Positions 55,352 through 64,000 of a DNA stretch of 64,000 bases are shown here, piece after piece. The first letter of the stretch is position 1. Each line of letters begins with the position of its first letter. The notes beneath the pieces are model-generated. The model was not told the DNA's origin. It saw nothing but the letters and a program-made list of their open reading frames with translations, and made no database searches. Both the position numbers and the translations under genes were made by a program. Source of the stretch: Clostridia bacterium (GTDB taxonomy: Bacteria > Bacillota > Clostridia > Christensenellales > DTU072); the NCBI GenBank assembly GCA_016297005.1, contig JAEDHK010000002.1, forward strand, positions 132,837 to 196,836, given 5' to 3'.

Positions 55352-57256
55352 TTACCGATCCGCTCTTTGTTCTTCCTCTTTTTTGCAGCGATCCTCTTTG
55401 ACTTTCAAGAAACGGGACTTCGCAACGAAATCCTTTCGGAAAGCCTCTTCGTCAAAAGGCGTCTTTGCCTTCTTCTTCGCGCGACCGAGCATAAACTGAT
55501 ACCGCTTTTCTTCCATTTCGCAATCGCGTAAAAAGGCCTCTTCTTTCTCTTTTTCTTCCCGTTGCGCTTTCCGCTCGCAAGCGGCTTCGTAATGTTCAAG
55601 TATCTTATCGTACTCGGTATGTTTATTAAATTCGTCGCGAAGATATCCGGTAATGCCGGCGGCGTTCTTTTCGTCGTTATAGTAGTCGACGATCTCTTTG
55701 ACGTTCAGAACGTCTTCGTCGGTCAGGTCGCCGGTATTATAGTTGGCACAGGCGGCGCGAAGGCGCAACGCTCGTACGATATCGGCATGCTTTTTCTCGC
55801 TCAGATTATAAAAAGCCATGGGCAGAATGCGCCCGAGAGATCCGAGGAAAGCAAGCAACGTGGTAAAGAAAAACGCGCTGTACATTTTTTCTTTGTTGGC
55901 GAACGCAACGTCGATGGGGTCGCCGAACCCGATCCCGGCCATACTCATAAAGATGGGAGAAAGCATCCCCGTAAAAACGCCGATGACGGTGGTCAGAAAG
56001 CCGCCGTAATTGTTCCAGAATCCGTCCAGCCTCTTGCCCGATCGGTACTGTTCGTAGTCGAGTGCCTCGCTCGTCATGATGTCGGTATAAAAATTGAAAC
56101 TGCCGAACGTGAGGTGCAAGAATGTGCACAAAAGTATAAGAATAGGAAGCCTGTATGCAAGGAGCTGCAACCCAATCGCCGCGCTATAAAGAATGTTAAC
56201 GATACCGAGGACTTTGACTTTCCCGAACTTTTTCGACAGGATCGGGCCTAAAAAGATACCCACGCCGCATCCCAGACCGAGCGTCATATTGCAGACGCCG
56301 ATCAGTGTGTCGCCGACCGCTCCACCGACAGCATAATAGCATACCCACAAGTAAAAGTTTGCGCCGCCGGCGATGCCGTTAAAAATGCCGAAGATCCAGA
56401 TGAGCCAAAAATATTTATTGGTACTGAGCGCTTTTGCTCCTTCCCAGAAATTGACTTTCGCTTCGAACTTTCTTCCGGCGACCATACGCTCTCTTGTGCC
56501 CTTATAAGCAAAGAGGATAAGTCCGATATTGAGGACGGCGCAGATCGGAAAGATAATACGATAAACAAGCACGTTACCCGTGCCGCCTGAAAAGAACCAC
56601 GCCGCAATAAAAGGGATCGCAACGCCGAAGATATTGGACGGCCAAGATCCGAAAAGACTGAGTACAGACGCGATGATCGACCGCTCCTGAGAAACGCTCG
56701 TTATGGTGTTTTTCAGACCGTTCAGACCTTGAGAAACAAATTCGTACACGAACCCCGCCGCGTCGTTCAGAAGCCACGCCGCAAGCACCCCCAACGTAAG
56801 CGTAACCTGAGACGCCTCGGCGATCCCCATAACGGGGATGGCCGGGATAACGAACGACAGCACGTCCGTATTTATCCACGTTTGAGGAATAAACGGTATG
56901 GCGGTAAGAAGCAATGCGGAAATAACGGTGGGAACGACGAGAAGTCGCCGGAACTTGCCGTTGAGCGACTTACTGTTGTCGATTACCATAGAAAGAATCG
57001 GACGCTTAATAAACGCGAGCACGGTGCCAAGCAGACCGAGAATAAAAAGAATGCCGGTAGAAACTTTAAAGTAAGAAACCATCAACGGAACGGACGTCGC
57101 CATGCCCGCCCAGGTAGTAAAAACCCCGTGCAAAGCGTTCCCCATGTGGCCTACGACGAGATTACTCATTTCTTTATACGAGACCTCGTACCCTTTGGGC
57201 GGGGTGTTCCAATACCCGCGGAATTTATACCATAAGTTAATTACTTTTTCCTTCAT
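55352..57256 (-). CDS. GPH/MFS_2-type glycoside:cation symporter with ~190-aa charged cytoplasmic tail
   Basis: About 12 hydrophobic segments over aa 30-440, then a hydrophilic K/E-rich C-terminus. Located next to the GH38 gene. Confidence 0.55.
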   Translation of the reverse strand: MKEKVINLWYKFRGYWNTPPKGYEVSYKEMSNLVVGHMGNALHGVFTTWAGMATSVPLMVSYFKVSTGILFILGLLGTVLAFIKRPILSMVIDNSKSLNGKFRRLLVVPTVISALLLTAIPFIPQTWINTDVLSFVIPAIPVMGIAEASQVTLTLGVLAAWLLNDAAGFVYEFVSQGLNGLKNTITSVSQERSIIASVLSLFGSWPSNIFGVAIPFIAAWFFSGGTGNVLVYRIIFPICAVLNIGLILFAYKGTRERMVAGRKFEAKVNFWEGAKALSTNKYFWLIWIFGIFNGIAGGANFYLWVCYYAVGGAVGDTLIGVCNMTLGLGCGVGIFLGPILSKKFGKVKVLGIVNILYSAAIGLQLLAYRLPILILLCTFLHLTFGSFNFYTDIMTSEALDYEQYRSGKRLDGFWNNYGGFLTTVIGVFTGMLSPIFMSMAGIGFGDPIDVAFANKEKMYSAFFFTTLLAFLGSLGRILPMAFYNLSEKKHADIVRALRLRAACANYNTGDLTDEDVLNVKEIVDYYNDEKNAAGITGYLRDEFNKHTEYDKILEHYEAACERKAQREEKEKEEAFLRDCEMEEKRYQFMLGRAKKKAKTPFDEEAFRKDFVAKSRFLKVKEDRCKKEEEQRADR

Positions 57257-57274
57257 CCCCGTATCTACGCTTCC

Positions 57275-59791
57275 TTATGCCTCCATTTCGGTCATAAGAA
57301 CGTACTTCCACTCCTTGGCTCCGTCGGCAAGGAAATAAGTGTCTACGCTATAAGGCTTGAACGTTGCCGTAAGCGGCGTCGGAAGAATACCTCCGCCGAT
57401 GGTCGCCGTCGTTTCTTTGCCGTCCGTTTCATAGGCACGAAGAACGACGCCTTTTCCGTCTTCACTCCTCTTGATTGCAGAAACGATAATATTGTCCGCG
57501 TCGCAGATCAGGCCGGAATAGGTTGTCTTTAAGGTACCGTTATGGTTGTTTTCCATCACGAAAGTCGGTGCGGTATTAAAAAGTTTCGCCTTTTTTACCG
57601 TGCTCGCGTTGCCTTCATACAGGGTGATCCCATAGCCGAACTCGGTTATTCCCTGATCGGTCAACTCGCTTTCGGGACTGATAAACGGCGCGCCGTGATC
57701 GGCATAAAAGGGGCTGCGGATAGCCGTCAGGCTCATAACGTTGTCTTTGACCGAAAAGCTGTATTTGCTGTCGTTGAGCATGGCAACGCCCCCTTCTTTT
57801 CCGAGGGTGGCGATCCACATATGTCCGCATTCTTCTTCTCCGTTGGTCGGACGTTCGATCACGCCGAATGGCATCTCGTACAGAGAGGTCGTACCGGTCA
57901 GGTCGAGCGGGAAAGCGAGCTTCAATAATTTCTGCTTCTCGTGCCAGTCGAGCTTAACTTCTACGTGCAAAACGCCGTCGTTCTGCAAACGGAATATCTG
58001 TTGCAAAGTGGACTTGTTATAGGTGGACGTAACGCGTATAGCCGTGCGGAGAGGACCTTTTTCTAGCCTTTCGAGCTTAGCGTTCTTAAAATATCCTACC
58101 ACCTTGTCGAAATAATTTTTTCCGTGACTCCAGGTATCGTGCGCCGATTCGTCGATGACCGTCGGCACCGCTCCGCAAACGGACGCAAATAACGCTTCCT
58201 GCTTCCTTAAACGGCAGCGACACTTCTTTTCCGTGCCCTTCTTATTTAGCAATTCACGATTGTTCTTGCGGTCGAACAGCGAGACGATATACCCGGTCTT
58301 GCTATCAAACTCCACCTTGAAAAAGTTATCTTCGATGGTGTTTCCGCTGATACTCGCGTCGCCTTTGGACGAAATGAGATGATCGAGGGCATATCTCATG
58401 CGCCCCACTTCGGCAGCGTAGTTATCGATAAAACCGGGCGTATGATCGCGGTCGAGATAATACGTTGCGTACCCGAAGGCGGGCACCTTGACGCGGAATA
58501 AGCTGTCGCACCTGCGATAGCAAAGATGCGTCTGAGAATAAACGTATTGAAAGGTCAGTTCTTTTCCTTCTTCGTCGTGAACAGACGTGATCTGTTTACC
58601 AATTTTCAGGACGGTATCGATCGGGAAGGGATGAGGGTTAAAAACGATAACCGGGATACCTTTCTTCCGATCAGAGGTATCCACCGCCCAAGAAATGGTC
58701 TGCACAGCGTTGTTGATCGCCTTGACGGCAATGCCCAGACTCTCTCCTCCGAGCGCTTCCGAGTCCGGATAGGCGTCTTTGATGCAACATCCGCCCATGA
58801 TATCATGAAAGTGTAAAAAGTTAATATTTTTCCATCCCTCGGCAAACTTTTCGGTCGGATACTTTTTTCCGAGAAGAGCGTTGTTCATCATCGAATAAAC
58901 TTCGGCGGCAAGCAGAGACGTCTCTCCTTTCCGTACCAACGTTTTAATGGGCGAATAAGCCGCATAACAACCGCTTGCGTGGTGTTGCAGGTCATCCCTG
59001 TGTTCCGGAATGACGTAATCTTTCTGTTCTTGCATGCAAACAAAGAAGTCGCTGACGTCGCTGAAAATGATCTCCGTTTCCGGGTGCTTTTTTGCGTGCT
59101 CTAAAAGTAACTGTATATGTCTGATGGTCGGCCCGCCGCCGTGATTGCCCACGCCGTAAAAAAAGGGCACGCAGTCGAGGTCGGTCGGCGCTTTGGAAGA
59201 GACGTACTCGAGCTCCTTAGTAAGAATGACCGAATTGCTGAATTTATAATTATAAAACCCGGTCAACCGATACGCCAGCACCTCGCTGCCATCGGGAGAG
59301 ATCCACCGGAAAGCATTGCTGTCCATCGCTTTTTCGTGCTGCATCGGCCGCATAAAAATGTAGTAGTCCATGCCGCTCTTTTTCAAAATTTGCGGCAACA
59401 TTCCGTTATGACCGAAAGAGTCTACGTTGTATCCCACCTTGGCCGTCTTGCCGAATTTTTCATAGAAATACCGCTGAGAATACAGGCTCTGTCGCGCAAA
59501 GCCCTCTCCCGAAGGGATATTGCAGTCGGGCTGAACGTACCACCCGCCAACGATAACAAAACGTCCTTCTGCCACTCTCTGTCTGATCTCCTCGAACATA
59601 TCGGGATCAAACTCTTCTATCCACTCGTACACTGACGCAGAAGAACAAGCAAATTTGAACTCCGGAAATTCTTTCATGCGATCGAGCGCCGAACGTATGG
59701 TTGCTTTCGCCTCCGCACTTCCTTCTTGCCACTTCCACATCCACGCCGGATCCAAGTGCGCGTTCCCTACGCAAAAAATCTTCTGTTTCAT
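57275..59791 (-). CDS. GH38 alpha-mannosidase
   Basis: N-terminal CVGNAHLDPAWMWKWQEG, VDSFGHN and FFYGVGNHGGGP motifs. 838 aa. Confidence 0.85.
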   Translation of the reverse strand: MKQKIFCVGNAHLDPAWMWKWQEGSAEAKATIRSALDRMKEFPEFKFACSSASVYEWIEEFDPDMFEEIRQRVAEGRFVIVGGWYVQPDCNIPSGEGFARQSLYSQRYFYEKFGKTAKVGYNVDSFGHNGMLPQILKKSGMDYYIFMRPMQHEKAMDSNAFRWISPDGSEVLAYRLTGFYNYKFSNSVILTKELEYVSSKAPTDLDCVPFFYGVGNHGGGPTIRHIQLLLEHAKKHPETEIIFSDVSDFFVCMQEQKDYVIPEHRDDLQHHASGCYAAYSPIKTLVRKGETSLLAAEVYSMMNNALLGKKYPTEKFAEGWKNINFLHFHDIMGGCCIKDAYPDSEALGGESLGIAVKAINNAVQTISWAVDTSDRKKGIPVIVFNPHPFPIDTVLKIGKQITSVHDEEGKELTFQYVYSQTHLCYRRCDSLFRVKVPAFGYATYYLDRDHTPGFIDNYAAEVGRMRYALDHLISSKGDASISGNTIEDNFFKVEFDSKTGYIVSLFDRKNNRELLNKKGTEKKCRCRLRKQEALFASVCGAVPTVIDESAHDTWSHGKNYFDKVVGYFKNAKLERLEKGPLRTAIRVTSTYNKSTLQQIFRLQNDGVLHVEVKLDWHEKQKLLKLAFPLDLTGTTSLYEMPFGVIERPTNGEEECGHMWIATLGKEGGVAMLNDSKYSFSVKDNVMSLTAIRSPFYADHGAPFISPESELTDQGITEFGYGITLYEGNASTVKKAKLFNTAPTFVMENNHNGTLKTTYSGLICDADNIIVSAIKRSEDGKGVVLRAYETDGKETTATIGGGILPTPLTATFKPYSVDTYFLADGAKEWKYVLMTEMEA

Positions 59792-60213
59792 TGGTCAAAA
59801 CTCCCTGAATAATTATTTTATATGATAATAAATATTATCATTAAAATGCCCTTTTGTCAATGCCGGTCCGACGGACTTTTCCAACTATTTTCACGTGCGT
59901 ATCGGGAATGAAAAGCTAAGAATTATGCTCTCTAAGTTTTGTATTATATGAATTTTTATCAGCATTTGTCGAATTAATAAAAGCCAAAGAAAAACAATCT
60001 GTCCGACAACAACTATCAACCTCAGAAAAGCTGCTAAAAATGAAAGTAAAAACAAAAAAAACGGGCTATGTCGACGGACGCAATCTCTTTATTATAGACG
60101 ATATAGCAAAAATTCTTTACGGCAGCTTCCCTTGCAGGCATTACGTACTATGTTCTTGCTAACGTAAGTATGTATTACGGCAAGCAGAAAACTTTATAGA
60201 TCGTAAGCAGTGG

Positions 60214-60246
60214 CAAAAAAACGCCGCCCCTTTTTTGGGGCGGCGA
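60214..60246 (-). terminator. rho-independent terminator downstream of the dihydroxyacetone kinase gene
   Basis: CGCCGCCCC-loop-GGGGCGGCG with a T-run on the minus strand (an A-run on the plus strand at 60215-60221). Confidence 0.8.
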
Positions 60247-60270
60247 ATTGTTTTTTATCAAAAGTTCTTA

Positions 60271-62097
60271 TCAGAAGTTTTTGATGAAGACGGCGAGTTC
60301 GTTGAAGATAACGTCGAGGCCGTGCGCGCCGGCGTCGGGATAGCCGATAGATCTTTCTCCTACGGTCCCCGCTCTGCCGAGGGTAGCAACGTGAGACTTG
60401 GTCGCTTCTGCACCGTCATGGGCTGCCTTTGCGCCGAGATCGATACCTTGTTGCAGTTTCTTGCCCTCTTCGGCGGCTTTGGTAAGTGCGAGAGCGCAGG
60501 GTTTGAGTGCGTCGACAAGGGTCTTATCGCCGATATCGGCACCCTTACCGAAGGACTTCTTGCCCGTTTCGTACACGCCGCGATTGGCTTCCATAAAGAG
60601 GAAAGCGAGGTCGGTCAGGTTGATCTCTTTCTTGCCGAGCATCGCTTTACCGGCATACTTAAAAGCACTGCCCCAGATAGGACCGGAGGCACCGCCACAG
60701 TACTCTTTGATGATCTCGGAGCAACTGACAAGGAACTGTCCGATGTCGCCTTTTTTACGTGTTGCCCAGTCGGCTTTGAGCTGTTTGAATCCCTTGGCGA
60801 TGCTCATACCGAAGTCTCCGTCGCCCATCTTGTCCGCTTCGCAGAACGGAACTTCGTTTTCGATGATGACGTCGGCCATTTTTTCAACGATTTTAACGAA
60901 AGCGGCGGTGTTAATGGTTTCGCCGATCGCCGGGGTACCTTCTACTTCGTAGACGGCATTCTCTTCTTCGGCCGCGGCGGCTTTTTTAGCTTTTTTTGCA
61001 GCGGCAGGAGCGGCAACGGGAGTGATGTTGAGAGCTTTGGCGATGGCGTTCATCGCTTCGACGGCGGCTTCCGCTTGCGCGTTCATGGCGCCGCCCCAGG
61101 TGAGTGCGGGAGCGCTGACCGGATAGTCGATCAGTTTCTTCAATTCATCGTCCACTTTCAACACGGAAATAGAAGCGCCGGCCATATCGATAGAGGTCAT
61201 GAAGTTACCTACGATGGTGCGATGAATCTTGATTCCGTCGGCTTCGAGAGCCTTGGTGGTGGAGTTGTTGAGAATGTACAGTTCTTGCAACGGGCTTCCG
61301 CCAAAACCGTTGATAAGAAGGACAATTTCGTCGCCGGATTTGACTTTGAGGTCTTCTTCAATGTCGGTAACGATTCTTCTTGCGAGGTCGTCGCTGAAAG
61401 AACCCTTGCTGTAATCGATCTTTTCACGGAAACGTCCGGGTTCGCCGTGGATGCCTACGCCGAATTCCATTTCGTCGTCGCCGATCTCAAAAGTCGGATG
61501 TCCGGCGGCAGGTACGGTACAGGAAGTGAAAGCAAAACCGAAAGAACGAACGTTTTCGATGACCTTATTGGCTACGGCCTTGACTTCTTCCAACTCTTTG
61601 CCCTGTTCGGCGGCGGCGCCGGCGCACTTATGAACGAGTACGGTACCGGCAACGCCACGACGACCTACGGTATAAAGGCTGTCTTTAACGGCGATATCGT
61701 CGTTGACGTATACGGCGTCGACCTTAATTCCGTCTTCCTGTGCGTCGCTCATGGCATTGTTAAAGTTCATGCAATCGCCGGAATAGTTTTTTATGATAAG
61801 GAGCACGCCCTTATCGGTAGCGCACGCTTTGATGGCGTTATAGACCTGGACTTGCGAGGGAGAAGCGAAGACGTCGCCGCAAACGGCGCAGTCGAGCATA
61901 CCCTTGCCGACGAATCCGGCATGAGCCGGTTCGTGACCGGACCCGCCGCCCGAGATCAGGCTGACTTTTTCGTCGTTGATGTCCTTTTTCTTGACGATCT
62001 TGAACTTTTCGACGAATTCCAACTCCGGATGCGCCTTAGCAAGACCGTGGCACATATCATAGACGAAGGTTTCCGGGGTGTTCATTATTTTTTTCAT
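60271..62097 (-). CDS. fused DhaK-DhaL ATP-dependent dihydroxyacetone kinase
   Basis: GGGSGHEPAHAGFVGKGML (DhaK), an Ala/Lys-rich linker, and a DhaL part with DKMGDGDFG. Confidence 0.85.
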   Translation of the reverse strand: MKKIMNTPETFVYDMCHGLAKAHPELEFVEKFKIVKKKDINDEKVSLISGGGSGHEPAHAGFVGKGMLDCAVCGDVFASPSQVQVYNAIKACATDKGVLLIIKNYSGDCMNFNNAMSDAQEDGIKVDAVYVNDDIAVKDSLYTVGRRGVAGTVLVHKCAGAAAEQGKELEEVKAVANKVIENVRSFGFAFTSCTVPAAGHPTFEIGDDEMEFGVGIHGEPGRFREKIDYSKGSFSDDLARRIVTDIEEDLKVKSGDEIVLLINGFGGSPLQELYILNNSTTKALEADGIKIHRTIVGNFMTSIDMAGASISVLKVDDELKKLIDYPVSAPALTWGGAMNAQAEAAVEAMNAIAKALNITPVAAPAAAKKAKKAAAAEEENAVYEVEGTPAIGETINTAAFVKIVEKMADVIIENEVPFCEADKMGDGDFGMSIAKGFKQLKADWATRKKGDIGQFLVSCSEIIKEYCGGASGPIWGSAFKYAGKAMLGKKEINLTDLAFLFMEANRGVYETGKKSFGKGADIGDKTLVDALKPCALALTKAAEEGKKLQQGIDLGAKAAHDGAEATKSHVATLGRAGTVGERSIGYPDAGAHGLDVIFNELAVFIKNF

Positions 62098-62117
62098 AAT
62101 AAATTCTCCTTTTTGTT

Positions 62118-62165
62118 CCTATTTACGAAAAAATGGGGTGTAACAAATATTATTCGTCACGCCCC
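62118..62165 (-). terminator. intercistronic hairpin/terminator between gldA and the kinase gene
   Basis: Minus strand AUGGGGCGUGAC...GUUACACCCCAU (one mismatch) followed by UUUUUU. Confidence 0.45.
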
Positions 62166-62187
62166 ATAATTTTTATACGGTTAAAAA

Positions 62188-63363
62188 TTATTCGGCGTCG
62201 CCGTATTTATAGGCATAGCCGATAGCGTCTGCCGTCTTGATTGCGGCGACAACCATCTCTTCGGTGACCTTGAAAGGCATGTTGTGGATGGATTCGTCCG
62301 GAATGCAAGTCTTTTTGGCAACGGCTTTCAGCTCTTCGTCGGTCAAAGAATCTCTTGCAACTTCGCCGGTCTTCTTGTTGGTCATAAGGTCTCTGATACA
62401 GATCGGCAGGCCTACTTCTTCGCAGAAACCGAGGACTTCGTAAATTTCTTCTTCCGGAGCATTCTCCAGAATGAGTTGGCAGAGAGTACCGAAAGCAACG
62501 ACTTCGCCGTGGAAATTGTTGTTGTGGATCTCATGAACGATGGTAATACCGTCGTGGATGGCGTGAGCCGCGGCGAGACCGCCGGATTCAAAACCGAGAC
62601 CGGACAGAAGGATATTGGTTTCGACGATCTTCTCGAAAGCGCCGGTAACGGCGTGCTTTTCGCAGGCGACTTTGGCCTTCGCGCCGTCGGAGATAAGATT
62701 TTTATAGCAAAGTTCCGCAAGAGCAAAAGCGGTGTGAGTGCCGTAGCCGAGGAGCGTACCCTTCTTTCTGTCGGCGCCGCAAGGAAGTCCCGCGTTTACG
62801 TTGCTGACCGAACGAACGTTGGCTCTGGCTTCAAAATAGGTGGACAGAGCGTCGCCCATGCCGGAAACGAGGAAGCGCGCCGGAGCGTTGGCGATGACGT
62901 TCAGGTCGATAAGTACTACGCTGGGGTTCTGACGGAAATAGGCATAGTCGTCGAACTCGTGGTTATCGAAGTACATAACGGCGCTGTGGCTGGTGGGGGC
63001 GTCGGTAGCCGCGATGGTCGGGCAAATAATCAGGTTATTGCCGGCGGCGACGCACTTACTGGTATCGATGGCTTTTCCGCCGCCGAGACCGATGGTGCAA
63101 GCGCATCTGTTGGCTTTGGCCACTTCTTGCAGTTTGGCTACGACGGTACGGGAGCACTCGCCCTTGAAGATATCTCCGGCAGAAACGAATTCAACGCCGT
63201 ATTTGGCTTGGGTCGCTTCCAACTTATCTTTAACAAGAGTAAGCGCAAACGGATCGGCAATAAGCAGAGCTTTTTTACCGAAGGTCTTCACAAAATAACC
63301 AAGGTTCAAGAGCTCGTCTTCACCTTGTACATACTTGGTAGGGCAAATAAATGCTTTTCTCAT
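62188..63363 (-). CDS. gldA: glycerol dehydrogenase (iron-containing ADH family)
   Basis: Start at the ATG at 63363 (RBS AAAGGAG). GLGGGKAIDTSK and metal-ligand His cluster AAHAIHDG. Confidence 0.85.
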   Translation of the reverse strand: MRKAFICPTKYVQGEDELLNLGYFVKTFGKKALLIADPFALTLVKDKLEATQAKYGVEFVSAGDIFKGECSRTVVAKLQEVAKANRCACTIGLGGGKAIDTSKCVAAGNNLIICPTIAATDAPTSHSAVMYFDNHEFDDYAYFRQNPSVVLIDLNVIANAPARFLVSGMGDALSTYFEARANVRSVSNVNAGLPCGADRKKGTLLGYGTHTAFALAELCYKNLISDGAKAKVACEKHAVTGAFEKIVETNILLSGLGFESGGLAAAHAIHDGITIVHEIHNNNFHGEVVAFGTLCQLILENAPEEEIYEVLGFCEEVGLPICIRDLMTNKKTGEVARDSLTDEELKAVAKKTCIPDESIHNMPFKVTEEMVVAAIKTADAIGYAYKYGDAE

Positions 63364-63492
63364 ACAAAAATCTCCTTTTTTGATTTTGATATTGTATTTC
63401 AATTATAACCGATAAAAAATGGAAAATCATTGGACAATCTTGCTATTATATGGTAAAATAATTGCAATTAAATATTCGTTTAAGAGTGAAAC

Positions 63493-63969
63493 ATGCACAA
63501 TTTTATTGTTTTTGACAAAACAGAAGCGGAGAAGGCCGTCGAACGGGGAGAAGCGATGGCGCTTTTTGTCGTTGATTCTGAGGGTAACCCTCTTCGCAAA
63601 GTCAGCGCCGTCAATTATTCTTCCACGCCAAAAGAAAAACAACATAATAAATATGTGGCAAAAGCCGTCGAGTACATTGAAGAAAACTACTATAAAGATA
63701 TCCGTCTGGATGATCTTGCCCGGTTTTGCGACGTCAGTTCTTCTCATCTGAGCCGGCTTTTTACCGCCGCCACCGGCACAACCGTGACCGGCTATATCCT
63801 TTCCGTCCGTATGAACCGCGCGGCCTATCTTCTTGTCAACACGGACGAAAGCGTCGTCAATATCGCTCGGGAAGCGGGATATCCCGACTGCGGATATTTT
63901 CATAAGCACTTCCGATCTTTTTTCGGCGTTACTCCGCTTATCTATCGCAACGCGATCACTTTGAGCTGA
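63493..63969 (+). CDS. AraC-family transcriptional regulator (short; C-terminal HTH domain)
   Basis: LDDLARFCDVSSSHLSRLF...IAREAGYPDCGYFHKHFRSFFGVTP. Divergent from gldA. Confidence 0.8.
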   Translation: MHNFIVFDKTEAEKAVERGEAMALFVVDSEGNPLRKVSAVNYSSTPKEKQHNKYVAKAVEYIEENYYKDIRLDDLARFCDVSSSHLSRLFTAATGTTVTGYILSVRMNRAAYLLVNTDESVVNIAREAGYPDCGYFHKHFRSFFGVTPLIYRNAITLS

Positions 63970-64000
63970 TTTCCGGAATGTTTTTATAGGTAAAAACGAG

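Noticed and set aside
60235-62169. 644-aa plus-strand ORF
   Set aside because: It is exactly antisense to the dihydroxyacetone kinase gene. The translation is low-complexity (G/F/V/D-rich) with no motifs, while the minus-strand frame has clear DhaK/DhaL signatures.
62284-63408. 374-aa plus-strand ORF
   Set aside because: It is antisense to gldA, a mirror-frame artefact with no recognisable domains.

Overview
This 64-kb segment looks like a Bacillota/Clostridia-type chromosome. That assignment is an inference from a T-box leader, a possible M-box, ydjGHI-like genes and BspA-type LRR surface proteins. No similarity search was possible, so every family call rests on motifs read from the ORF translations and compared from memory.

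I support about 60 protein genes, 2 tRNAs (Val-GAC, Pro-CGG), several near-consensus promoters and rho-independent terminators, and 2 gene remnants. I saw no CRISPR array, rRNA, integrase or transposase.

Housekeeping blocks:
- rlmI-trmB-aminotransferase-oxidoreductase
- mgtE
- pdxST
- a puuR-like regulator with potABCD, then mtnN, a THUMP methyltransferase and alaX
- asnA, a GDPD gene and asnS
- a GPH-type transporter with a GH38 mannosidase
- dak-gldA-araC

Accessory patches:
1. About 8.2-18 kb, visibly AT-rich, immediately downstream of tRNA-Val. It opens with a symmetric array of a 10-12 bp GTATGTAATC motif.
   - It holds a PD-(D/E)xK / WYL regulator / HNH-like operon.
   - Divergently transcribed from that operon is a short Pol III alpha (DnaE)-like protein fused to a DEDD exonuclease-like domain. 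The catalytic residues of both domains appear substituted.
   - The patch also carries a divergent UDG-fold protein, a decayed HsdR C-terminal fragment and a small Cys-rich / cytoplasmic-LRR operon.
   - I consider this the best candidate for an undescribed, probably defence-related system.
2. 26.8-34.8 kb: a 2691-aa BspA-LRR lipoprotein.
3. 46.8-55.2 kb: an LRR protein with its own promoter, plus a tightly coupled operon of four genes. These are an SF1 helicase, a coiled-coil protein, a GLUG-repeat membrane protein and a small 2-TM protein.

A ydjI/G/H-like SPFH plus zinc-ribbon module lies at 20.6-23.6 kb.
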